The notes under the pieces were generated by a model. It ran no database searches and was not told the DNA's origin. It saw nothing but the letters and a program-made list of their open reading frames with translations. The translations under genes and the position numbers were made by a program. Of a stretch of DNA of 64,000 nucleotides, positions 1 through 9,668 are shown one piece after another. Each line of letters begins with the position of its first letter. Positions within the stretch are counted from its first letter, which is position 1. The DNA is from a virus: IMG/VR virus record IMGVR_UViG_3300027797_000020, positions 1 through 64,000 of that record. One strand, 5' to 3'.

Positions 1-4
1 TATG

Positions 5-760
5 TTAATAATCACCATTAAGTGTTTGGTAATTGTTCGTAAATAAATTTTCATATTTAACCCAAACTGTTTCGTGAGGTAATATTGGTCGTTGTTTTTG
101 TTCACCCGTTTGTTGATTCATTTCAGTTACATTACCTCTAGTATCAAACCCACATAAAACATACTGTAATTTATGATTTATTGATGAATTTTTTTGTACA
201 AACCCCCCTAACAATTTTAAATCGTGTTCGTGTGATGAACCACCTAACCAACCAACTCTAATTCTATCCGACTTTAACGTAGGTTCATTAAATTGAGATT
301 CTTTAGGGTTAATAGCGTTAGGTAACACTACAACATTTTTATTGAATTTTAAAATTTCGTCGGCAAATAGTTTTGTTGTTGTTGTAACATAACTAGCAAC
401 TTTTAAATTATTTAAAATCTTCTTATGTAATTCGTTTTTAAGAATTAAAGTATGGATAGGGTGTTCTTTAGTAGGTAACCAATAATCATCAATATCAACA
501 ATTACCACAATACCCATAGATTTTAAATGTTCAATTAATTTTGGGGATGCTTCATAGTCGTGACCAATATTTCTATGTACGTGAACTATTTGATACTGTT
601 TCCAATAATTTAAATCATTAACTTTTGGGTCATAATCAATATCAACGTGGAAATCGTCAGGATATAAATCCTGTAAAAATGTGTGTGGGTCAACTGACCT
701 AAATTTTCCGACACCCGTAGTGTCTGATGGGAGAACTAATACCTTAATTTTTTCTTTCAT
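5..760 (-). CDS. Glycosyltransferase (GT-B/GT4-like), possibly C-terminally truncated
   Basis: N-terminal 'GVGKFRSVDPH', 'VVIVDIDDYW', 'VTTTT..FADEI...NKNVVVLPNAI' and 'RVGWLGGSSHEHDL' are typical of phage GT-B proteins. It stops at TAA (5-7) before the usual C-terminal donor-binding motif. Confidence 0.7.
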   Translation of the reverse strand: MKEKIKVLVLPSDTTGVGKFRSVDPHTFLQDLYPDDFHVDIDYDPKVNDLNYWKQYQIVHVHRNIGHDYEASPKLIEHLKSMGIVVIVDIDDYWLPTKEHPIHTLILKNELHKKILNNLKVASYVTTTTKLFADEILKFNKNVVVLPNAINPKESQFNEPTLKSDRIRVGWLGGSSHEHDLKLLGGFVQKNSSINHKLQYVLCGFDTRGNVTEMNQQTGEQKQRPILPHETVWVKYENLFTNNYQTLNGDY

Positions 761-781
761 ATGTTATATTATATTGAAAGA

Positions 782-810
782 ATGATAAGTATTAAAATTG
801 TTTTAATCAA
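782..810 (-). promoter_or_regulatory. Sigma70-like promoter TTGATT-N17-TATCAT upstream of the glycosyltransferase
   Basis: Minus strand reads TTGATT aaaacaattttaatact TATCAT, with exactly 17-nt spacing, 21 nt before the ATG at 760. Confidence 0.55.
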
Positions 811-811
811 T

Positions 812-839
812 AAAAAACCCCCACCAAATAGTGAGGGTT
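812..839 (-). terminator. Intrinsic terminator of the 3517->861 operon
   Basis: Minus strand AACCCTCAC-tatttg-GTGGGGGTT followed by a T run, just downstream of the stop at 861. Confidence 0.7.
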
Positions 840-860
840 ACTAAATATTTGTTATTTTTA

Positions 861-1514
861 CTATTTTACTTTTTTGATTTTTGTTACCTTACCTTCAAAT
901 ATATGAGCACCAACTCTAAATGAAAAAACATCATTAGTTTTGGACACACTCTCAGTGATTAAACCGTTTTCAGATAATACCTCTCTGACCGCTTCCTGAA
1001 TCATAGATTTTAATTCACTTGATGCGGGAATTTGACTTGTTTGTGGTTGAGGTCTTCTTTGTTGTGGTGTAACATCACCATTCGCTTTAGTATTCATCAA
1101 TCTCGCGGCTTTTTCCGCTAATTCGTTAGAAATACCAGCACCACCTGATAATGGATTGTCAGGTTGTACAATTGGATGTTCCATCATCAATTGTTTAATA
1201 GAATCAGGTAATTTTGATGATAATATTCTGTCTTGACTCGCTTGTTGGGGCATTTTATGAATATTTTTATTAACCGCCTCTTCAGATAAGTAAGGTTGAT
1301 TAATATCATCATTTTGCATATGTCCCATAGTTAAGGACTCATTCATATATTCCGACGGTAAGTTATACGTTGCTTGTGGGGATTTGAATTCTTCAACCAA
1401 TGGTGCCGAATTGTTAATATTTCCCGGAATTCCTCCACGACCAATTTCATTATGTTTTGACATAATTTGTTTAGCCGCAACTAGTTTCATCATTAAATCA
1501 TTTTCATTTGTCAT
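861..1514 (-). CDS. Hypothetical phage protein (Q/P/N-rich, possible head-internal protein)
   Basis: 217-aa ORF in a tightly packed operon; several (L/I)-x-E motifs (VLSE, LITE). Confidence 0.6.
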   Translation of the reverse strand: MTNENDLMMKLVAAKQIMSKHNEIGRGGIPGNINNSAPLVEEFKSPQATYNLPSEYMNESLTMGHMQNDDINQPYLSEEAVNKNIHKMPQQASQDRILSSKLPDSIKQLMMEHPIVQPDNPLSGGAGISNELAEKAARLMNTKANGDVTPQQRRPQPQTSQIPASSELKSMIQEAVREVLSENGLITESVSKTNDVFSFRVGAHIFEGKVTKIKKVK

Positions 1515-1524
1515 ATTTTAAAAT

Positions 1525-1926
1525 TTAAACAGGTTCATTGTTATTATCAAATTTAACATTGATAATTACTCTATTCATACTTCTATCACCATTTGGATTA
1601 TACCCGGGTTGTGGTTGGTTAAACACTTCACCTGTAGGTTTAAAAGATTGAATCTTATCTAATCTAAAAATCCTCCACCCAGGTAATGGTTGTTCACCTT
1701 TATATCCTGTGTGTGATGACCCTTCATAATCCCAAGCTCTTAAAATTGGGTTATCAGCCTTACTGTACCCAAAACAAACAGGTTCGATTTCACGTAATCC
1801 ACGACCACCTGGCTCATCACCATCGTAGTAAATAATAACCTTTTGTCTTTTTTTAATCGCATCAGTAATGGAATTAATAGACGCTACTTCTAAAATAAGA
1901 CTTTTAACCGTATTGTAAAGTTTCAT
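1525..1926 (-). CDS. Stand-alone WYL-domain protein
   Basis: 'KVIIYY...REIEPVCFG...LRAWD...GWRIFRLDKI' matches the WYL pattern; no HTH domain. Confidence 0.8.
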   Translation of the reverse strand: MKLYNTVKSLILEVASINSITDAIKKRQKVIIYYDGDEPGGRGLREIEPVCFGYSKADNPILRAWDYEGSSHTGYKGEQPLPGWRIFRLDKIQSFKPTGEVFNQPQPGYNPNGDRSMNRVIINVKFDNNNEPV

Positions 1927-2222
1927 TAAGCACTTGGTGTTGTATACGGTGCGTTTGATTTGTACGCGTTTATTACAATACCCGCTTTTCTCTCAAGGAT
2001 ATCTTGGATAGCTCCCGCACCTTCATTATAGACATCTAAATCACCACCTGTACCTTTACCTTGAGTATCACCATCAGCCAAAGCGTCAGGGTTAACTGTT
2101 GAGTATTCATTTGCGGTTTTTTTAAAATCATTTTTAGGTAACAATTTTTTTCTTTCAGCTTCAGCAATTTGAGACAACGAATTATTCGGTTGTTCAAAAT
2201 TTAATGGTTCGTTAGTTGGCAT
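1926..2222 (-). CDS. Hypothetical protein
   Basis: 98-aa ORF; its stop overlaps the next start, consistent with translational coupling. Confidence 0.65.
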   Translation of the reverse strand: MPTNEPLNFEQPNNSLSQIAEAERKKLLPKNDFKKTANEYSTVNPDALADGDTQGKGTGGDLDVYNEGAGAIQDILERKAGIVINAYKSNAPYTTPSA

Positions 2223-2223
2223 A

Positions 2224-2694
2224 TTATATTATTTTTTTTATTAAGTCATTTATCCGTTTTAAACTTTCGGTAACGGCTGAGTCATATCTCTCAACATTAG
2301 AATTATGACTTTTACTTGGTCTATTTTGATTAATTAAACTATTTTTTTCGTGTTGGACAATAAATTGATTATCCATCGCAACTGATTTGATTTTTTTAGA
2401 CAAATGATTACCATCCCTCATTGAGGTTAGAGTATCATTAACCCAATTCTTCACATAATGACCCCCATTTAAAATAAATGGTAAATCATTGTCGTGACCA
2501 TTAAATCCGTCAAACCAATTTTTCATACGTTTTAATTGTTGGTAACTAATCTCCCTTTTATCACGTAATTCTTTGTTTCTACGAAACCCTTCAGTTGAGT
2601 CGTCAGCACCAATCGCCGATTGATGACATTGGTCCAAATAACCAATAACATCTTCCGGTAGAGGAACTGTGTGACCGTATAAATCTTTATTCAT
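2224..2694 (-). CDS. Hypothetical phage protein
   Basis: 156-aa ORF in the operon; 'ISYQQLKRMKNWF...LNGG...WV' resembles a small helical domain of phage head-associated proteins. Confidence 0.6.
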   Translation of the reverse strand: MNKDLYGHTVPLPEDVIGYLDQCHQSAIGADDSTEGFRRNKELRDKREISYQQLKRMKNWFDGFNGHDNDLPFILNGGHYVKNWVNDTLTSMRDGNHLSKKIKSVAMDNQFIVQHEKNSLINQNRPSKSHNSNVERYDSAVTESLKRINDLIKKII

Positions 2695-3517
2695 TTGTTT
2701 TTAAAATTTTAATTAATTGATTAAGACTAATACCTTCTTTCTCAGCAATTTTCTTAATTGAATTTAAATTTTTAACTAATATTTTACTTATAGGATTTTC
2801 CTTAGAAACAACATCAGAATTATTCTTAGATTTTTTAGTTAAGATATCCTCAACCATTTTAATCATTTTTTGTTTTTGTTCTTCTTCAATAGTCCCTTTT
2901 TCAACTAAACGTTGTCTAAGAATATCACCTTTTCTTTTAACTTTTGGTAGTTTTCCAAACTCCTCCGCTCTTTCTTCAGAATTATCAACCCCCATATCAT
3001 CTAATGTTTTTACAGTGTCATTATAATCCATATCTTCAGTTTCTTCATAACCAAACGCGTCAGAATAATCAACTTCAGAAACCACATTACCTTTATTTTC
3101 CGTACCCTCACCATAGTAAACTCGATAACCACGAGTAACAGGATTACCGGCTTGTCTTGTCGCCGCAACAGTTTGGTCCATAGTTTTATGTGGGTGCATT
3201 GTTTGGTCTAAATTAGGAATTCGTGAACTTAACATAGTCCCATCGGCGTCAACTAATTCATCTAATTCTTCAGATTTTTTAGGTTTAAGCATTTTTTTAA
3301 TCTGCTCTTTAGAATATTTCTTTTTACTTTTCAATATTTGATTTACAAACGACTTAACTTTTTTTGAATCCATTTTATCAAAATCTTGTTTCTCGTCATT
3401 TTTACGTGATTCATTTAAAGTGTCCCCCACTGAGTAGTATAATGATATTTTATCACCTCTGTCTCTTAAATAGAAGTAACAATTATTACCAAAATATTCT
3501 GTATTATATGAAATCAT
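2687..3517 (-). CDS. Hypothetical phage protein
   Basis: 276-aa ORF, first gene of the minus-strand operon, preceded by TATTTAT (3532-3538, minus strand). Confidence 0.65.
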   Translation of the reverse strand: MISYNTEYFGNNCYFYLRDRGDKISLYYSVGDTLNESRKNDEKQDFDKMDSKKVKSFVNQILKSKKKYSKEQIKKMLKPKKSEELDELVDADGTMLSSRIPNLDQTMHPHKTMDQTVAATRQAGNPVTRGYRVYYGEGTENKGNVVSEVDYSDAFGYEETEDMDYNDTVKTLDDMGVDNSEERAEEFGKLPKVKRKGDILRQRLVEKGTIEEEQKQKMIKMVEDILTKKSKNNSDVVSKENPISKILVKNLNSIKKIAEKEGISLNQLIKILKTNE

Positions 3518-3531
3518 ATTCTTTTTTATTA

Positions 3532-3558
3532 ATAAATACTTCGTTTTAAAGTATTTAT
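3532..3558. promoter_or_regulatory. Back-to-back TATTTAT motifs (putative divergent late promoters)
   Basis: ATAAATA at 3532-3538 faces the gene starting at 3517(-); TATTTAT at 3552-3558 faces the gene starting at 3569(+). Confidence 0.6.
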
Positions 3559-3568
3559 CTTAAAAAAG

Positions 3569-6500
3569 ATGTCAGGTCAAAATATTAATCAATACGGTAA
3601 ACCAAATTGGGGGATTAAATTGAATTTAGATTCCCAAGATATGTCTTTGTCTAATGATGAGAGAGATTATAACGAAGAAGTTGTTTTTTCGCCATATTTA
3701 ATTGCCCAAACATATGGTAATAGATTACCATTTTCATTCGACATTAATAATACGTTATCAGTACAAAACCAAACATTATCATACAAACAATACAACAATA
3801 ATAACGTATTTGTCTCACAGAATTATTACAACATAAATAATGAAGATTTAAATTGTTATTCGGCAAGTACGTCTTGTGATATCGGATTAACCGGTATGGA
3901 TAATGGTCTTGTCGATAATTTCACAGGACAAACCATAACATTTACTAAAGGATTATTTGATAACCCGTTAAAATTTGAACGATTATATTTCGATAGACGT
4001 TTAAAAATGTTTCAAGTGACAGGTTACACTAGCACACCAAATTTCCGTTTTTCAGGATTTGATAAGACGGTATTATACGAAGTCGTTAGTAAAAACAGTC
4101 CTTATGAAGGTAGGTATCACGAATTATATGGGGGATTTTATCAAGGATTTTATAAATTATTCGGATATGATTATGAAATTTTTCCTGAAAGGATGAATAA
4201 AGGTTGGTCCGTTGAAATGTTATTAAAACCAAGATTAGTTGACGAGTATTTCCCCGAATCTGACGAAACAACATTAAATGAAATCTATCCTGATAATAAG
4301 GACACTTTCTTTTATTTTGGAACTAGAGCGGAGAATAAATTCCATCACCACGCCGACGGTTCTCCAATGTCATTAACCGGTTATACAAGAATTACTGAAC
4401 CATTGGTTGGTTTAGAAACTTGTGCTTGTTGTAATACAGGTGTAACCAATAGTCGTTGTGTATTTATTTACCCTCCTAGGTCATTAAATGAAATTCACGA
4501 TTCTCACGTTAATTATGGTTGTGATATTTGTGGATGTAGTACTTGTGGAACCACAGATAAAACAACTTGTACCACAGGTTGTACTACTTGTGGTTGTGTA
4601 CCAACAACATACGATACCTGTGGTTGGGAATGTAAAAAACATATTTGTGGAACAGGTTATACCTCATCCGTTGAGAATACTTGCGAATCAGACCCATTGT
4701 TTGATTCAATGTCAAATGCGTTATCATTCAAATTATCCGGTGACCCTAAAAACCCTAGTATTTGTATTAGAGTATTAAGAATAACAGGTGAATGTAAAAC
4801 GGTGTCATTATTAAATAATAATACGGTATCACCTGACGATATATTGTCATCTTGTTTACAAACAGGTACAACATATGTGACAGGATATACTGTTGATAAC
4901 TATTGTACATCACCAATATACCCAAGATGTCAACAAGAAAACCCTGTGTGGTTAGAAGATGAACATTGGTTTCAATTAAACGCCGTTTGGGAACGATATA
5001 CTTGGTTAGACTATTGTGATTTATATTACAGAGGTGGTTTAGGTGACATTACCACTAAATCATATTTAAATTCATTATCAAATAATGCAATATCATTAAT
5101 TACTCCTGAGTTTACACATTCAGGTGCGACCCCCGCAGAACAAATTGAGATTGTTAAGTTAAACGAGAAATGGTTGATTGATAAGGGTTATAGAAAGGGT
5201 AGATTAAAACTTTACGTAAACGGTAAACTTTTCCACACAATTCAAGATTTTGAGGAGATTATTCCAAGAGGTTTAGATACCGATAAAGAAAAACAAGTCG
5301 GAGTACCATTCAATATTTCTTGGGGTGGAGGTACTCAAGGTTTAAGAGAACATTTGATTCCTAAACCAATCCCTGTTTGTGACATTGTGGGTGGTGTATT
5401 AATTGATGTTGTATTAACTTCAGAAATAACTGAGGGGTCAATTATTATAAAGTACACTTTAACTTCTTCATCAGAGTTAAATGAAGATTTAACAGTTAAT
5501 TTCAAACAAACTTTAGACGTATTAACCGGTAACACAATTGAAATTGTTACAGGTGTAACTATTAATTCAGGATATACTGTAGGTACAACAATTATTAACC
5601 TACCTTACGATTATAACAATCTTAATGGTAATACTAGTTACTCAGACATTGATGTTTTCCCATCAAATTTGTCTAATTGTGTAAACATACAAACAATTAA
5701 CCCAATATTTCCACCGGCAAATGATTTCCAAGGTTTAGTCATCCCAATTAACGATATATTGAGTGATAACATCCCAATTAACGATTTGGGTGTAAGTAAT
5801 ATCCCTAACAATGATTTAATTAATAACAATATACCAAATAACGATTTAATTAATAACAATATACCAAATAACGATTTTACCGATAATCACATACCAAACG
5901 ATGGTTTAGGTTCAGAAATAATACCAAACAACGATATTGTATCGGTATTCCTTGCCCCACCAACTCCAACTCCAACCCCAACTATTACCCCAACAAATAC
6001 CGTAACACCAACTGTAACCCCAACAAATACCGTAACACCAACTATTACCCCAACAATAACACCAACGGAAACTGTAACTCCAACACCAACTGAAACTGTT
6101 ACCCCAACACCTACTGAAACTCCAACTCCAACACCAACGGAAACTGTAACTCCAACACCAACTGAAACTGTTACCCCAACACCTACTGAAACACCGACCC
6201 CCACACCAACTCAAACCCCAACACCAACTCAAACCCCAACAACGTCAACGACAGTTACTCCAACTCCAACTAAATTAAGATATTCATTTATAGTTACAAC
6301 AGGGTCGACACAAATATTAGCGTGTAGTAATGTTGGTACAATAACATTGTATGGTGATGAAAGTTTATTTGATACTAATTCATATTTCTATAATACACAA
6401 TACGGGTCAGTGACGACTGATATGACGGGTTACTATTCTTACAACTCAATTGTTACTGAATTAGATTCTTCAGGTGTTGTTGTTGATAGTGTATTCTCAT

Positions 6501-7168
6501 TATGCCCAACTCAAACCCCAACTCCAACCCCAACACCAACTGAAACTGTTACCCCAACACCAACTATTACCCCAACTGAAACTGTTACCCCAACACCAAC
6601 AGAAACTGTTACACCAACCCCAACTATTACCCCAACTGAAACTGTTACCCCAACACCAACTGAAACTGTTACCCCAACACCAACAGAAACTCCAACTCCA
6701 ACCCCAACTGAAACTGTTACACCAACACCAACTGAAACTGTTACCCCAACACCAACAGAAACTCCAACTAATACACCTACCGAAACACCGACAAATACAC
6801 CAACAGAAACTCCAACTAATACACCGACTGAAACCCCTACTCAAACACCAACACCGACTATAAGTTACTATTCGTATGTGTTAGGTAGTGGTGCAACTAC
6901 AACGGAAGCTTGTAATAATTACGGAATCAATAATATAACTGTTTATGCACCAATTGAAGGGGGTGTTGGTCCTAATGTTGGTGAATATTTGTATTTAACA
7001 CCGGGTAACCCACCGACTAATTCAGTTCCTGACGGATATTATTCTAACGGAATTGCTTTCTATATTGTTTCAGGTGGTTTAGGTCAAATAACGTCAGTTG
7101 ACTTAGATGGTTGTAATGGGTTGTTAACACCAACACCAACACCAACGCCAACCCCAACACAAACTTAA
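3569..7168 (+). CDS. Large putative virion protein: incomplete LamG/ConA-like domain, Cys-rich cluster, IPNND repeats, Pro-Thr(-Glu) mucin-like repeats
   Basis: 1199 aa; LamG-like strands '[10 protein letters not shown]', 'HWFQLNAVW', '[10 protein letters not shown]', 'FNISWGG'; '[20 protein letters not shown]'; (PTETVTPT)n tracts. Confidence 0.7.
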   Translation: MSGQNINQYGKPNWGIKLNLDSQDMSLSNDERDYNEEVVFSPYLIAQTYGNRLPFSFDINNTLSVQNQTLSYKQYNNNNVFVSQNYYNINNEDLNCYSASTSCDIGLTGMDNGLVDNFTGQTITFTKGLFDNPLKFERLYFDRRLKMFQVTGYTSTPNFRFSGFDKTVLYEVVSKNSPYEGRYHELYGGFYQGFYKLFGYDYEIFPERMNKGWSVEMLLKPRLVDEYFPESDETTLNEIYPDNKDTFFYFGTRAENKFHHHADGSPMSLTGYTRITEPLVGLETCACCNTGVTNSRCVFIYPPRSLNEIHDSHVNYGCDICGCSTCGTTDKTTCTTGCTTCGCVPTTYDTCGWECKKHICGTGYTSSVENTCESDPLFDSMSNALSFKLSGDPKNPSICIRVLRITGECKTVSLLNNNTVSPDDILSSCLQTGTTYVTGYTVDNYCTSPIYPRCQQENPVWLEDEHWFQLNAVWERYTWLDYCDLYYRGGLGDITTKSYLNSLSNNAISLITPEFTHSGATPAEQIEIVKLNEKWLIDKGYRKGRLKLYVNGKLFHTIQDFEEIIPRGLDTDKEKQVGVPFNISWGGGTQGLREHLIPKPIPVCDIVGGVLIDVVLTSEITEGSIIIKYTLTSSSELNEDLTVNFKQTLDVLTGNTIEIVTGVTINSGYTVGTTIINLPYDYNNLNGNTSYSDIDVFPSNLSNCVNIQTINPIFPPANDFQGLVIPINDILSDNIPINDLGVSNIPNNDLINNNIPNNDLINNNIPNNDFTDNHIPNDGLGSEIIPNNDIVSVFLAPPTPTPTPTITPTNTVTPTVTPTNTVTPTITPTITPTETVTPTPTETVTPTPTETPTPTPTETVTPTPTETVTPTPTETPTPTPTQTPTPTQTPTTSTTVTPTPTKLRYSFIVTTGSTQILACSNVGTITLYGDESLFDTNSYFYNTQYGSVTTDMTGYYSYNSIVTELDSSGVVVDSVFSLCPTQTPTPTPTPTETVTPTPTITPTETVTPTPTETVTPTPTITPTETVTPTPTETVTPTPTETPTPTPTETVTPTPTETVTPTPTETPTNTPTETPTNTPTETPTNTPTETPTQTPTPTISYYSYVLGSGATTTEACNNYGINNITVYAPIEGGVGPNVGEYLYLTPGNPPTNSVPDGYYSNGIAFYIVSGGLGQITSVDLDGCNGLLTPTPTPTPTPTQT
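5741..5950 (+). repeat. Seven tandem 30-nt repeats encoding IPxND decapeptides
   Basis: [70 protein letters not shown]. Confidence 0.85.
5957..6860 (+). repeat. Two Pro-Thr-Glu-Thr mucin-like coding repeat tracts (about 5957-6271 and 6505-6860)
   Basis: Degenerate (ccaacn)n DNA encoding [10 protein letters not shown] units. Confidence 0.9.
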
Positions 7169-7249
7169 ACACCAACCCCAACACAAACTAAATCCAATTA
7201 TGGATTATAAATTTACAAAATAAATGATATTTATAAAATAAAAAAGAAA

Positions 7250-9298
7250 ATGGCAATAGGAGTTAGAATTACTAGTAATAATTTATCAGGTCAAACCGCA
7301 AGTATTACTTTTCAATCAATGACAGGTGGAACACCGATTGATTTAGGTATACAAACAATCCCTTTTAATTATTATAACGAATTACCTTATGGTAATTTCA
7401 CAATTTCATCAACAACTTATGATTATGTGTATACATTAACGGTATCACAACCATATGGTGAAAATCAAGATTATATGTACTTGGGAAATGTCTCAGGACA
7501 AACAACCTATAGTTTAGGATTTCTAAACTTTAATGACTTTAGCGCCGAAATTATAGATTTGGGTGTTGACACAACATATTGGAATGAGAATAACTGGTAT
7601 CCGTTATCTGAAAGTGGTAGTATGTTAGATTTTCGTAATGACGGTAATACTGAACGTTTAGTATTATTTTTAGATGTTAATGGAAATGTTGTTGACCAAT
7701 TTAGTGCAACTACGTTTGATTCCCTATCAGGTATTTTAGATGGTAGAATCGCTTATTTCCAAGACCCAGATGGTGGTTTATTCTATTGGTTTAATGGGGA
7801 AACAGTTTATCAATACACATTTGACCCAAATACTGAGACATTAGACATTCAATGGGATTGGGATGCGACTTGTCTCGATAATACATTTGTATTTATTCTT
7901 AGAAACACAGGTACAACAACCTCAACCTCATATAGAGTTAGACCTAACGGGTCTGTCCAACCAATTGATTCTTGGGATTATAATCTTGAAACAAGGTATT
8001 ATGGTCTTTATTATTCATCAAAATATTTTTACGAATTTAGTTTCTTAAACGTAGATGATACTGTATCATCAATTAAAATATACAACACATCAGGTGGGTT
8101 GGTTTACTATCCCGAATTTTTATCTGAAACGTATAATAATTGGTCAATAAATTGGTACGGTAATCAATCGTTTAATATTATTTTATGGAATGATATGGAT
8201 GATTCAGTCGACTATTTAATTTTAAATCACGACTGTTTAAATGATATATCAAGCGATACAACACACGCAAAACCTAACTACCCTAATCGTTCAATTCAAA
8301 CTGACACATTATACTTCCCGAATGACGTACCTGTAGGTGGAATTTTTATTCATTTTTATAACACTACAGGTACTTTTTTCCCTGGAGGTGGTTATGAAAT
8401 AGACTATCTTGATATCGTTTATAAATTGGAAAATCAGGAATCATTACAAACTTATGTTTTTACAAATACGGGAGACAATACTAAAAAATTCTATATCTAT
8501 GGATATGGTAATAAAAATTATAACACATATTGTTCAACAGGAGGTACTAACTCATCAATATTTTCCATTAATAATGATGGGGTTAAAATAACCCCGACTG
8601 AACAAAACATTAATGAAATAACAAATGTTGATTATGATGATTTTGGCGAATATTACGTTTTAGTAAATTCAGTTGGTGATAACAGTTATTTTTATTTATC
8701 GTTAAATGGTAACATTGAGGACACGTTAACATTAGACACATCGAGTGGTTATGATTTTACTAGTCGATTTGAAGTGTTTTATGTTGAAAACTCATCAACC
8801 GCTTATTATGTTAATAATTTAGTTACAGGGTTTACACAAACAGGTTATTACAATTCAACATCAACCCCAACATCTTATTATAATAAAGACTATTATTATA
8901 GACCGGAACACTTTTTAGTATTTAACACCGCAAATGGGTTAGCTAGAGTGTTAAGTAATAATAAACTTTACAATGGATTTAGTTTACCTTTATCATATAA
9001 TGATTCTAGTGAACGTAGAATAGGTAGAGATAAATTTATTTATGTTTATAATGATAATTCAGACAATACAAGAATTAATTTATACGATTTTAATGGGGCG
9101 TTACTTAATAGTACCTTAGTCAATATTACAGGATGGGATTACGTTTACGCGGTTAAAGATAGATATGTTGTTGTTCAAGATACAATTGATGGTCAACGTT
9201 TATTGACAATGATTTCAAAGGATGAAGTAAAACAAATAACAATAGATAACCAATATTCAAGTTGGGACATAATAAACGATTATATATGGTGGGATTAA
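7250..9298 (+). CDS. Beta-rich putative virion/receptor-binding protein with shared N-terminal module
   Basis: 682 aa, rich in Y/N/D/T. Its first ~65 aa resemble the N-termini of ORFs 9669 and 11055. TATTTAT at 7228. Confidence 0.6.
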   Translation: MAIGVRITSNNLSGQTASITFQSMTGGTPIDLGIQTIPFNYYNELPYGNFTISSTTYDYVYTLTVSQPYGENQDYMYLGNVSGQTTYSLGFLNFNDFSAEIIDLGVDTTYWNENNWYPLSESGSMLDFRNDGNTERLVLFLDVNGNVVDQFSATTFDSLSGILDGRIAYFQDPDGGLFYWFNGETVYQYTFDPNTETLDIQWDWDATCLDNTFVFILRNTGTTTSTSYRVRPNGSVQPIDSWDYNLETRYYGLYYSSKYFYEFSFLNVDDTVSSIKIYNTSGGLVYYPEFLSETYNNWSINWYGNQSFNIILWNDMDDSVDYLILNHDCLNDISSDTTHAKPNYPNRSIQTDTLYFPNDVPVGGIFIHFYNTTGTFFPGGGYEIDYLDIVYKLENQESLQTYVFTNTGDNTKKFYIYGYGNKNYNTYCSTGGTNSSIFSINNDGVKITPTEQNINEITNVDYDDFGEYYVLVNSVGDNSYFYLSLNGNIEDTLTLDTSSGYDFTSRFEVFYVENSSTAYYVNNLVTGFTQTGYYNSTSTPTSYYNKDYYYRPEHFLVFNTANGLARVLSNNKLYNGFSLPLSYNDSSERRIGRDKFIYVYNDNSDNTRINLYDFNGALLNSTLVNITGWDYVYAVKDRYVVVQDTIDGQRLLTMISKDEVKQITIDNQYSSWDIINDYIWWD

Positions 9299-9299
9299 A

Positions 9300-9557
9300 A
9301 TGAGATATCAAACACAAGTAACAGTAAAATTTAAAAATAAAGGTAATTTACAAAATTCGGTTACCTCATTTGTTTTAAATGAAAATATAACAGTTTCAGA
9401 ATTTAAAACTGAAATAAAAAAAACATTAAGGTTTTTGGATACACACTCAATTGAAAATGAGATTGTTTATTTAGGTAGTAATAAATTAAATGATTCTGAC
9501 ATTGTACCTTCTGAAAAATCAGGATTACAGTTTTTTATTGAAGTAACGAACAAATAA
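9300..9557 (+). CDS. Small protein with a ubiquitin-like (beta-grasp) sequence pattern
   Basis: 'VTVK...FVLNENITVSEFKTEI...EIVYLGSNKLNDSDIV' parallels ubiquitin 'IFVK...LEVEPSDTIENVKAKI...RLIFAGKQLEDGRTL'; no C-terminal GG. Confidence 0.45.
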   Translation: MRYQTQVTVKFKNKGNLQNSVTSFVLNENITVSEFKTEIKKTLRFLDTHSIENEIVYLGSNKLNDSDIVPSEKSGLQFFIEVTNK

Positions 9558-9576
9558 CATTAATTCAAATTTAGTT

Positions 9577-9611
9577 AAAAACCCGGTATTATTAATGATA
9601 CCGGGTTTTTT
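9577..9611. terminator. Intrinsic, potentially bidirectional terminator
   Basis: AAAAACCCGGTATT-attaatg-ATACCGGGTTTTTT. Confidence 0.8.
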
Positions 9612-9668
9612 ATTACCCCAACAATAAATACTAAAACTTCTTTAGATACTATTTATAATTAAAAAATA

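Noticed and set aside
5887-6863. ORFs 5887-6204, 5912-6232, 6474-6863 and 6500-6844 (VG-, CW- or QL-rich)
   Set aside because: Antisense or alternative-frame shadows of the Pro-Thr repeat DNA. The same applies to 12367, 13072, 13604, 17059 and 27328.
9624-9630. Minus-strand TATTTAT with no downstream gene
   Set aside because: It points directly into a terminator hairpin and could arise by chance in AT-rich DNA; there is no evidence for an sRNA.
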